Shown here: in pieces, positions 9,119 to 17,054 of the stretch
How positions within the stretch are numbered: the first letter of the stretch is position 1
Layout of the letters: every line of letters begins with the position of its first letter
From: Candidatus Aenigmatarchaeota archaeon
GTDB taxonomy: Archaea; Aenigmatarchaeota; Aenigmatarchaeia; JACPZZ01
NCBI GenBank assembly: GCA_043801595.1
Contig: JAZDLW010000021.1
Location: forward strand, 12,616-76,615
Reading direction: 5' to 3'
Length of the DNA stretch: 64,000 bases
Notes under the pieces: generated by a model
Databases searched by the model: none
Told to the model about the DNA's origin: nothing
What the model saw: only the letters and a program-made list of their open reading frames with translations
Made by a program: the position numbers and the translations under genes

Positions 9119-10198
9119 ATGAAAGGCATAACGCCCGTGATTTCGCTGATTATGCTGATGCTTGTTACGGTCGGAATTGTCGGCGTATCGTACACGTGGT
9201 TTTCCGGACTGATGGCAAGCAACACCGAGAAAATTATAACCATTCCTCCTGGTGGCGCGCAGTGCTACAACAACAAGATAAACGTAATTGTCAGGAATTC
9301 CGGGACCACAACGAATATCACTGATGATGATATTGTTGTTGCCGATATCAACGGCGTTAGCGTACGCAACACGCTGTTTTTCGGCGGGTTCAACCAAAAC
9401 GGGCTGGTCGGCTATTGGCGTTTCGAACAATCTAACGGCTCGGCTGCGACAAACGATTCGTCGGGATACGGAAACATGGGAACGCTGACGAATATGAACT
9501 TGACAGGCAATTCTACGTCAGGATTAACAACAAACGGAAGGTTCGGGAATGCGCTGGTGTTTGACGGGGTGAATGATTACGTTGATGCGGGAAGTGCAGT
9601 GAGTCTGTACACCCCAACGCTTACTGTTTCAGCATGGATATATGAAAATACACTACCAAAAGTCGGCGACCAGCTGGGAATTGTGGAACAGTCAATTACT
9701 CCCGGTTATAGTGGATGGAGTATGCTAACGTGTTGTGGCGGTGGATCATCCGTTTACGTCTTTAATGCAGCAAACACAGGCGGAAGCCTTATTTCAGCCA
9801 GCGCCGGTACTGTTACAACAGGACGATGGATTCATTTAGTTGGAACAGTAGATAACAGCTTCATTAAAATTTACAGGAATGGTGTTTTATCGGATAGTCA
9901 ACCTTTCACTACAGCCGTCAGGACTAATACCCAGACGATAAAAATCGGGAAGTATGCCTACTTTGGCGAGACGAACAGCTATTTCAACGGCGCAATCGAC
10001 GAAGTCCAGATATGGAACAGGGTTTTAAGCTTTGAAGAGATATCGCAGTTGAACAAGACCAACTCCGGAAACTTTACGCTTGGTCCGAACCAGGGAACGC
10101 AGTTAATCAGGAATTATCCCATATTCGCCAGCGGAAAATACACTGTGCGCATAGGGACAAGAAGCAATGTTGCTGAGATGACCGTGGATTGTTTATAG
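9119..10198 (+). CDS. Archaeal pilin N-terminus fused to a LamG/concanavalin-A-like lectin domain
   Basis: MKGITPVISLIMLMLVTVGIVGV is a pilin signal. LVGYWRFEQ..., GNALVFDGVNDYVD, TVSAWIY, GRWIHLVGTVD, IYRNGVL and FNGAIDEVQIWNRVLSFEEI give a Laminin_G_3-type pattern. Confidence 0.7.
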   Translation: MKGITPVISLIMLMLVTVGIVGVSYTWFSGLMASNTEKIITIPPGGAQCYNNKINVIVRNSGTTTNITDDDIVVADINGVSVRNTLFFGGFNQNGLVGYWRFEQSNGSAATNDSSGYGNMGTLTNMNLTGNSTSGLTTNGRFGNALVFDGVNDYVDAGSAVSLYTPTLTVSAWIYENTLPKVGDQLGIVEQSITPGYSGWSMLTCCGGGSSVYVFNAANTGGSLISASAGTVTTGRWIHLVGTVDNSFIKIYRNGVLSDSQPFTTAVRTNTQTIKIGKYAYFGETNSYFNGAIDEVQIWNRVLSFEEISQLNKTNSGNFTLGPNQGTQLIRNYPIFASGKYTVRIGTRSNVAEMTVDCL

Positions 10199-10315
10199 CG
10201 CGACAGATTATGGCTAATAAATCCCGATTTATTTCTCCGGCATTGCCACGAATCAACGGATTCGCATGAATAAAGCATTTAAATCCGATGACCGAAGATT
10301 TTACTAGTGATAAAA

Positions 10316-10462
10316 ATGATGTTCTGCGAAATGTGCGGTGTAGAAATAAATCCCGGCGAGGATGTTGTCAGCAACGGAAGGATCGTTTGCAGGGCCTGCG
10401 CAGAGGTCGTTGGCAGCAAACCCGAAACGCCAGATTCCGAAGAAACGGATGAGGAAGAGTGA
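10316..10462 (+). CDS. Small 4-Cys zinc-ribbon protein with acidic tail (48 aa, below the ORF-track cutoff)
   Basis: Hand translation gives MMFCEMCGVEINPGEDVVSNGRIVCRACAEVVGSKPETPDSEETDEEE, with CxxC...CxxC. It lies directly upstream of tbp. Confidence 0.45.
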   Translation: MMFCEMCGVEINPGEDVVSNGRIVCRACAEVVGSKPETPDSEETDEEE

Positions 10463-10561
10463 CTACCATCGAATGGTTACGTTATTCCTTAATAAGGCTG
10501 TTTTTATGCTTTACGTAACGTATTTAAAACCAATCCCTGAATATCTTTAAAAGGGTATAAA

Positions 10562-11110
10562 ATGGCTGCTTTTGACATTAAAATCGAAAACGTTGTTGCC
10601 TCTGCGACGCTGAACGCAAAAATACCTCTTGACAAGATTGTCGGTTTTCTGGAAGGGACGGAGTACGAGCCTGAACAATTTCCAGGGTTGGTTTACCGTT
10701 TAAAAGATCCCAAAGCGGCTGCATTGATATTCAGTTCAGGAAAAATAGTATGCACCGGGGCGCGATCGCCGGAGTTGGCTGGAAAAGCGATTGCGAAGGT
10801 TGTCGAAATGATACGATCGGCGAATATCAAAGTTCCTCCCGGATACACGACACAGGTTGAAAACATTGTCGCGTCTGCGAAAATACACGATGAACTGAAT
10901 CTTGATGAGATTGCGTTCTCGCTCGAGAATGCGGAATACGAGCCGGAGCAGTTTCCAGGTTTGGTTTACAGGATGACAGATCCGCGCGTCGCGTTCCTTT
11001 TATTCGGATCCGGGAAAATCGTCTGCACGGGCGGTCGCACGATAAGCGACGTCAACAAGGCTGTCAAGAAACTGCACGAAAAATTAAAATCAATAAAGGC
11101 GCTAAAGTAA
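10562..11110 (+). CDS. tbp: TATA-box binding protein
   Basis: Two direct repeats, each containing ENVVAS, EYEPEQFPGLVYR and FSSGKIVCTG. Confidence 0.95.
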   Translation: MAAFDIKIENVVASATLNAKIPLDKIVGFLEGTEYEPEQFPGLVYRLKDPKAAALIFSSGKIVCTGARSPELAGKAIAKVVEMIRSANIKVPPGYTTQVENIVASAKIHDELNLDEIAFSLENAEYEPEQFPGLVYRMTDPRVAFLLFGSGKIVCTGGRTISDVNKAVKKLHEKLKSIKALK

Positions 11111-11134
11111 ACTTTTCTTTGAAAGAAAAGTTTA
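11108..11134. repeat. Perfect palindrome (13-bp arms) beginning at the tbp stop codon; PAL hairpin family
   Basis: TAAACTTTTCTTT-g-AAAGAAAAGTTTA, followed by ATCAAAAG. Related hairpins occur at 24896-24920 and 24947-24967. Confidence 0.7.
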
Positions 11135-11182
11135 ATCAAAAGAATCTTTAGGAAGCGTTAACGTAAAGAAACTCTTACACTT

Positions 11183-11809
11183 CTATTTTGCTTTATTCTG
11201 CTCAACTCTGTTTCTCCATTTACTGTATATTACAGGCGCGCCCATTACTGTGAAAACCGCAGCTATGGCTCCGGCGGTATACGGTATTGCGTTTGCGTAG
11301 CCTGCGACCAACTCAGCAGCGTAAATAGGCAGCGCAGTAATCGCGGTGTGATTGAACACGTTGTGCGCCATCGCAGCAAGGCCTGCTCTGACCGGTTTCT
11401 TGTCACCGCCTACAGCGTTATACGTATTTTGGAAAATCCTTCTGGCCGGAGGGTTCCACGTTTCGTAGAAAGCCTCGTACGCCTTCAGGTATTGTTTTTT
11501 CTGCAGGAAATTATTTACGCGCTCCTTGTCGTACATCTTGTCAGTATAGTCTGGAAGGTTCAATTTGGTTAATATTCTTTTTTTGGTTTCCTTCGTCAAT
11601 GGAAGGGGCAATTCTCCTGATATAAAAAACGCTGCTATGTCCTTCGGGCTTTCTTCCATGTAATTTCCAAGAAATGTTTTCACTTTGTTGAAAACTCCGG
11701 GTTTTTTCGGGTAATTTTTCTCCAACTGTTCTCTTATGTTTTTGGAAACACTTTCGACGCTGTCCTCGCCCATAATACTTCTATATGCACGCATACTAAA
11801 AACGGTCAT
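11183..11809 (-). CDS. Orphan protein, paralog 1 of a tandem pair (C-terminal hydrophobic segments)
   Basis: Shares with its neighbour YLKAYEAF, PVRA, NAIPYTAGAIA, GAPV(I/V)YSKWRN and a KAK C-terminus. The start overlaps the neighbour's stop (ATGA). Confidence 0.55.
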   Translation of the reverse strand: MTVFSMRAYRSIMGEDSVESVSKNIREQLEKNYPKKPGVFNKVKTFLGNYMEESPKDIAAFFISGELPLPLTKETKKRILTKLNLPDYTDKMYDKERVNNFLQKKQYLKAYEAFYETWNPPARRIFQNTYNAVGGDKKPVRAGLAAMAHNVFNHTAITALPIYAAELVAGYANAIPYTAGAIAAVFTVMGAPVIYSKWRNRVEQNKAK

Positions 11810-12375
11810 TTCGCCTTATGCTTTGCAACGCTATTTCTCCACTTGCTGTAAACCACGGGCGCGCCCGCCAATGCGAAAAAACCTGCTATTGCGCCAGCCG
11901 TATACGGTATCGCATTCGAATAACCTAACAGAATTTCTGGTGGTGCGTATAAAGGAACCCAAATTATCGCGTGTGCCACAGAAGTATAAAGCCAGTCCAA
12001 GGCGCTCGCCCTCACAGGATGTTTGTTTCCTCCCAATTTGTGATATACCCGTGCGTGTATTTTTTGCGCTGGCGGGTATCTGCTATGCCAAAAGGCCTCA
12101 TACGCTTTCAAGTATTCGCCCCTGTTCAGATATCTTTTTACCAGCTTCTTTTCCAAAAGATTGCCCCTATAATCGGTCAGGTTGAATTTTTTTATCAGCT
12201 TATCCTTCACGTTGCTTGGAAGCGGCCATTCCGATACGCCGTATCCCCAAAAATCCTTTGGATTGTACACAACGTAATCGGTTGCAAATTTTCCTACCCT
12301 GCTCCAGAAACCGGGTTTATCGGTTTGCTTGGCCTCCAGCTCTTCACGAATTTTTTTCACGTCCTTTTTTTCCAT
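11806..12375 (-). CDS. Orphan protein, paralog 2 of a tandem pair
   Basis: Collinear with 11183..11809 over about 150 aa (EYLKAYEAFW, NAIPYTAGAIAGFFALAGAPVVYSKWRNSVAKHKAK). Confidence 0.55.
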   Translation of the reverse strand: MEKKDVKKIREELEAKQTDKPGFWSRVGKFATDYVVYNPKDFWGYGVSEWPLPSNVKDKLIKKFNLTDYRGNLLEKKLVKRYLNRGEYLKAYEAFWHSRYPPAQKIHARVYHKLGGNKHPVRASALDWLYTSVAHAIIWVPLYAPPEILLGYSNAIPYTAGAIAGFFALAGAPVVYSKWRNSVAKHKAK

Positions 12376-12601
12376 AATTCTAATAAGGCAACCGCAAATT
12401 TATAACAAACCTATCGGAAACCCGCAAACAACCGCATTAAAAGCGTCCCGCAGCCTCTTAATTCGTATCAGTGGAAATGCTGGAGGGTAGTTTCGATCAG
12501 CGTATAAATATAACAGCTGTAGTTAGTTTACGGTTTTATAAGGGGTTTGGTGAACCAAATCGTTTTTGGGAATCCAAACACTTTGGGAAAAAGGGTTTGG
12601 T

Positions 12602-14614
12602 ATGGAGAACGACGAGATAACAAAAAGGTTTGTCCATTTTTTGCGTGAAAAATACTATCAAGAACTTTTAGAAGCGATTCGTGACGGCAAGCCGTCACTG
12701 GAAATAGACTTCAAGGTTTTGGACGAGTTTGATTCGCCTCTATCTGAAAAATTACTTTACCAGCCCGATGAAACGTTAAAAATTTTCGACCTCGCGGCAA
12801 AACAGATTGACCTGCCGGACAGCGTTGAGATAAAATTCCGTTTCAAGAACCTTCCGGACTTTGCGTTCATACCAATACGGCATTTGCGCGCGCATCATAT
12901 GGGACAGCTTATTTGCGTGGAAGGCACTATAAGAAGGTCGTCGGAAATACTTCCGGAGATCGCGGAGACGATCTGGACCTGCCCGCAGTGCGGTTCGCGC
13001 ATTGTTATCGAACAAACGGAAAGGGCTATGAAGAAGCCGCTTTCATGCGACTGCGGCTACAAAGGACGTTTCGAGCTATTCAGCAAAAAACTCGTCGACA
13101 CGCGCTGGATTTCGATAGAAGAGCTGTTCGAATCAACAGAAGGCGAGAAGCCGTCGCAATTAAACATCTATCTAAGAGACGATTTAACATCGCCTGCCAT
13201 GAGACCGAAAACTGATGCGGGAAACAGATTAAGGATAACGGGCGTCTTGCGGGAAGTTCCCAAAGCAACGCAGAAAGGTAAACGCTCAGTCCAACTGGAC
13301 ATACTGCTCGCAGCCAACCATGTCGAAACTACGGAGATTGAGGCGAGCGATTTGAAAATATCGCCGGAGGACGAGCAGAAGATTTTTGAGTTGTCAAAAG
13401 ACCCGAACATATACGAAAAGATCATCGACTCGGTTGCGACATCGATGTATGGACTGAGAGAAATCAAGGAAGCGATCGCATACCAGTTGTTCAGCGGCGT
13501 TCCCCATATTATGAAGGACGGAACGAGAATACGAGGCGACATACATATCCTGCTTATCGGCGAACCGAGTACTGGAAAAAGCCAGCTGCTGAAACTTGTT
13601 TCGAAGCTGGCAAACAGGGGAAAATACGTTTCCGGAAAAGGTGTTACGTCCGTGGGGTTGACGGCTGCGGTTATCAAAGACGAGCAATTCTCCGGAGGAT
13701 GGGTTCTAGAAGCGGGCGCAATCGTTCTTGCAAACAAGGGCGTGTGCAATATCGACGAGTTCGAAAAAATGAGCGAGAGCGACCAAATCGCGCTGCACGA
13801 AGCGCTTGAACAGCAGACAGTAAGCATTGCAAAAGCGTCGATAATGGCAACGCTGCCAGCGCAAACTTCTGTACTCGCAGCTGCGAACCCGAAGTTCGGC
13901 CGCTTTGATTTTATGAAAGGGATTGCTGAACAGATAACCGTACCAGAAACACTGTTAAGCCGTTTTGACCTCAAGTTCGCGCTCTTTGACGTGCCGGATG
14001 TTGAAAAAGATGCGAAGCTGGCCGAACATATTATGAAGAGCAGGACAATGGACGATTATGAGGGAGCGCGGCCTGTGATTGAGCCGATGATGCTAAGAAA
14101 GTATGTCGCGTACGCAAGGAAGAACTGCATGCCGAAATTCACAGCAGAAGTTGGCGAGCTGATCAAAAAATTCTATATAGATACCAGGGCAAAGTACGTG
14201 CAACGCGGGCCTGTTTCGATAACTCCGCGACAGTACGAGGCGCTGTTAAGGCTGACAGAGGCGTCCGCGAAGATAAGGCTGTCTCCTGTTGTAACGGAAG
14301 AGGATGCGCACAGGGCAATAAAATTGCTGCAAACGTCATTGCAGCAACTGGGCCTTGATAAGGACACCGGCCTAATTGACATAGACAAAATCGAAAGCGG
14401 GACTTCGTCCAGTCAAAGAAACAAGATCAGAATAATACTCGATGCCGTAGATTCGCTTACAAAGGAGATAGGAAAGGTAATACCTATAGAAGACGTAATA
14501 TCAGCTGCGGAGAACGGCGGAATGAGCGAGGCGGATGCAATGGAAATAATAGACCGCCTGAAAAAAGAAGGCCAGCTTATGGAACCAAAGTACAAGCATT
14601 TGCAGAAGGTATAA
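12602..14614 (+). CDS. mcm: MCM replicative helicase
   Basis: Zn finger CPQCGS...CDCG, Walker A GEPSTGKS, Walker B NIDEFEKM, arginine finger SRFDL and a C-terminal winged helix. ATG at 12602 is preferred over the TTG at 12566. Confidence 0.95.
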   Translation: MENDEITKRFVHFLREKYYQELLEAIRDGKPSLEIDFKVLDEFDSPLSEKLLYQPDETLKIFDLAAKQIDLPDSVEIKFRFKNLPDFAFIPIRHLRAHHMGQLICVEGTIRRSSEILPEIAETIWTCPQCGSRIVIEQTERAMKKPLSCDCGYKGRFELFSKKLVDTRWISIEELFESTEGEKPSQLNIYLRDDLTSPAMRPKTDAGNRLRITGVLREVPKATQKGKRSVQLDILLAANHVETTEIEASDLKISPEDEQKIFELSKDPNIYEKIIDSVATSMYGLREIKEAIAYQLFSGVPHIMKDGTRIRGDIHILLIGEPSTGKSQLLKLVSKLANRGKYVSGKGVTSVGLTAAVIKDEQFSGGWVLEAGAIVLANKGVCNIDEFEKMSESDQIALHEALEQQTVSIAKASIMATLPAQTSVLAAANPKFGRFDFMKGIAEQITVPETLLSRFDLKFALFDVPDVEKDAKLAEHIMKSRTMDDYEGARPVIEPMMLRKYVAYARKNCMPKFTAEVGELIKKFYIDTRAKYVQRGPVSITPRQYEALLRLTEASAKIRLSPVVTEEDAHRAIKLLQTSLQQLGLDKDTGLIDIDKIESGTSSSQRNKIRIILDAVDSLTKEIGKVIPIEDVISAAENGGMSEADAMEIIDRLKKEGQLMEPKYKHLQKV

Positions 14615-14616
14615 TT

Positions 14617-15369
14617 ATGGCAGAAGTAAAGAAAAGGCTGACAGCGAGAAAGGTGCGAATTGCGGACGTATCCAAAGGAGCGTATAAACCGGCAAGCGGA
14701 ATGGTTTCCGGATATGTGATAACGCCGTACGGAATGAAAGTTTCGCGCGCGCGGATAATGGCGACAATTGTCGCAAAATTCGTTTCCGAGGACAAAAATT
14801 TCGCATCAGCCACGCTTGACGACGGCACGGAAACAATGCGCGCAAAGGCTTTCGGTTCGACGAGATTTTTTGACAGCGTCGAAATCGGGGATATGGTCGA
14901 CATTATCGGAAAGATAAAAGAATACGCTGACGAGATTTACGTAACGCCCGAGATCGTTGTTAAAATAACCGATCCGAATTTCGAATCGCTGCGGAGACTG
15001 GAGTTAATAAAACAGCACGCTGACTGGAAAAAGAAGATCGCGGTCATCACGGAATCGCTGGAAAAGGAAGGAACGCCGGATAAAGTCGCGGAAGCTGTTA
15101 AAAACGAGATAAACGCCGAGGATGTTGAGTCGATACTCGAGTTTTTATCCGGACCTGCGCCTGTGGAGGAGAAAAAAGACGACAAGGATGTTGCGAAAAG
15201 CACTGTGCTTGCGATCATAACCGAGCTGGATAAGGGCGAAGGCGTGACTTATTCCGAATTAATGACCAAAGCGAATGTTGATGAAAAAACATTCGACAAG
15301 GTTGTCAACGACCTGCTCGAGGAAGGCACATGCTACGAGCCGAAGCCCGGACAGCTGAAGAAGTGCTGA
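14617..15369 (+). CDS. OB-fold plus C-terminal winged-helix protein (RPA32-like single-strand-binding subunit candidate)
   Basis: It starts 2 nt after the mcm stop. OB-like core (ARIMATIVAKFVSEDKNFASATLDDGTETMRAKAF and VDIIGKIKEY). Acidic linker and a wH-like tail (VLAIITELDKGEGVTYSELM). Confidence 0.5.
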   Translation: MAEVKKRLTARKVRIADVSKGAYKPASGMVSGYVITPYGMKVSRARIMATIVAKFVSEDKNFASATLDDGTETMRAKAFGSTRFFDSVEIGDMVDIIGKIKEYADEIYVTPEIVVKITDPNFESLRRLELIKQHADWKKKIAVITESLEKEGTPDKVAEAVKNEINAEDVESILEFLSGPAPVEEKKDDKDVAKSTVLAIITELDKGEGVTYSELMTKANVDEKTFDKVVNDLLEEGTCYEPKPGQLKKC

Positions 15370-15429
15370 TACCATTTTCTTAAATCGCTCAGATTTATAA
15401 TTAATAATATCGAAATCAAAGATGATTCT

Positions 15430-15705
15430 ATGGACAAGGAAACAATAAAGAAAGTTGCCGAAGTCGCAAGGCTAAATCTGACGGAAAATGAATTCGAAGA
15501 GTTCGAAAAAAGTTTTGGCGATATTCTCGGCCACTTTGCCATACTGCAGAACGCAAAGCTGGAAGAACCGGAAAAACAGGAAGGCGGAGCGAACATTCTT
15601 AGAGATGATAAAGCTGACATCGACAGGGATATTGCAAAAAAAATAATGGAAAACGCGCCTGTTAAGGAAGACAAACTTCTCAAAGTGCCGAAGGGGTCAA
15701 AATGA
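15430..15705 (+). CDS. gatC: Asp/Glu-tRNA amidotransferase subunit C
   Basis: VAEVARLNLTENEFEEF and ILRDD; 91 aa. Its stop overlaps the gatA start. Confidence 0.85.
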   Translation: MDKETIKKVAEVARLNLTENEFEEFEKSFGDILGHFAILQNAKLEEPEKQEGGANILRDDKADIDRDIAKKIMENAPVKEDKLLKVPKGSK

Positions 15706-17054
15706 AACTCGACGAAAAGGTCAATTCATACCTCGATAACATCGCAAAAAGCGGATTGAACGCATTTATCACAGTTAATAAAAATGCCGGGAAAGAAGCG
15801 GAGATTATACAGAAAAAAATCAATGCCCACACTGCGGGAAGGTTAGCCGGTTATGTTTTTGCAATAAAAGACAACATTGCAGTAAAAGGAATGCGTTTAA
15901 CGTGCGCGTCGAAAATGCTTGAGAATTATATTTCGCCGTACGACGCAACGGTCATACGCAGAATAAAAGCCGAAGACGGGCTGATTATCGGAAAAGCGAA
16001 CATGGACGAATTCGCGTGCGGAGCTTCCGGAGAAACAAGTTTTTTCGGAGCAACGCTGAACCCGCACAATAATAAAAAGGTCGCTGGCGGATCTTCGTCC
16101 GGTTCGGCGGCAGCTGTTGCTGCTGGATTGTGCGACGCTGCGCTAGGCTCTGATACCGGCGGTTCGATACGATGCCCGTCATCGTTCTGCGGAGTTTTCG
16201 GATTAAAACCGACTTACGGTTCAGTGTCGCGCTATGGTTTGGTCGATATGGCAATGAGCCTGGACCAGATAGGACCTATAACGAAAAACGTTTCCGATGC
16301 TACGCTGATATTGTCGGTGATAAACGGACAAGACAACATTGACAGCACAGTGGAAAACAGCGTTGCAAACTACGAAAAGTTTGCGAAAGCAAAGCTGGAT
16401 GGCATGAAAATCGGAGTCCCGAAGGAATTTTTTGAAGGCTGTTCAAAGGATGTTGAGAAAGGCGTGATGGAAGGCATAGAAATATTAAAAAACGAGGGCG
16501 CAAAGGTTGTTAACTTCTCATTAGCGTACACGAAGCTCGCGGTTCCGACATACTATCTCAATGTTTTCGCTGAGTTTTCCTCGGGAATGCAGAAATTTGA
16601 CGGGCTGAAATATGGTTTCAGAAAAGACGGCAAAGATCTCAATGACACTGTTTCGGAGAGCAGAAGCGCGTCGTTCGGAGAAGAAGTCAAGAGGCGCATA
16701 CTACTCGGGACATACATAACAACGAAGGAATTCAGGGGTAAATGGTATTCGATTGCATTAAAATCGCGCGAACTGATAAGAAACGAACTGCTTCACGCGT
16801 TCAAAAAATGCGATCTAGTCGTTGGACCAACCATGCCGTTCACAGCGTTCGGGATAGGCGAGAAAATAAACAATCCGCTGGAAATGTATCTTGCCGACAT
16901 ACTGACCGTTTCTGCGAACCTGGCAGGATTGCCGGCTGCTTCGATTCCTCTCAAAGTTAAGGGAATGCCAATAGGAATGCAACTGCATGCTAACATGAAC
17001 AACGAGGGAAAGATAATAACCGCTGCTTCGGCGTACGAGAGGGCGGCGAAATGA
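15702..17054 (+). CDS. gatA: Asp/Glu-tRNA amidotransferase subunit A (amidase)
   Basis: Amidase signature GGSSSGSAAAVAAG...GSDTGGSIRCPSSFCGVFGLKPTYG. Confidence 0.95.
   Translation: MKLDEKVNSYLDNIAKSGLNAFITVNKNAGKEAEIIQKKINAHTAGRLAGYVFAIKDNIAVKGMRLTCASKMLENYISPYDATVIRRIKAEDGLIIGKANMDEFACGASGETSFFGATLNPHNNKKVAGGSSSGSAAAVAAGLCDAALGSDTGGSIRCPSSFCGVFGLKPTYGSVSRYGLVDMAMSLDQIGPITKNVSDATLILSVINGQDNIDSTVENSVANYEKFAKAKLDGMKIGVPKEFFEGCSKDVEKGVMEGIEILKNEGAKVVNFSLAYTKLAVPTYYLNVFAEFSSGMQKFDGLKYGFRKDGKDLNDTVSESRSASFGEEVKRRILLGTYITTKEFRGKWYSIALKSRELIRNELLHAFKKCDLVVGPTMPFTAFGIGEKINNPLEMYLADILTVSANLAGLPAASIPLKVKGMPIGMQLHANMNNEGKIITAASAYERAAK

Noticed and set aside
10362-10550. 62-aa plus-strand ORF from the track.
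   Set aside because: It overlaps, in another frame, the 48-aa CxxC...CxxC zinc-ribbon ORF, which has a clearer protein-like sequence. The 62-aa product also runs into the tbp promoter.
13168-13974. 268-aa minus-strand ORF inside mcm. Similar long antisense ORFs lie at 23104..24060, 46740..47519, 8043..8831, 5763..6311 and 59865..60431.
   Set aside because: Each lies fully antisense to a gene with strong family motifs. Their translations are low-complexity Ser/Cys/Phe-rich strings with no motifs, so they look like typical shadow ORFs.
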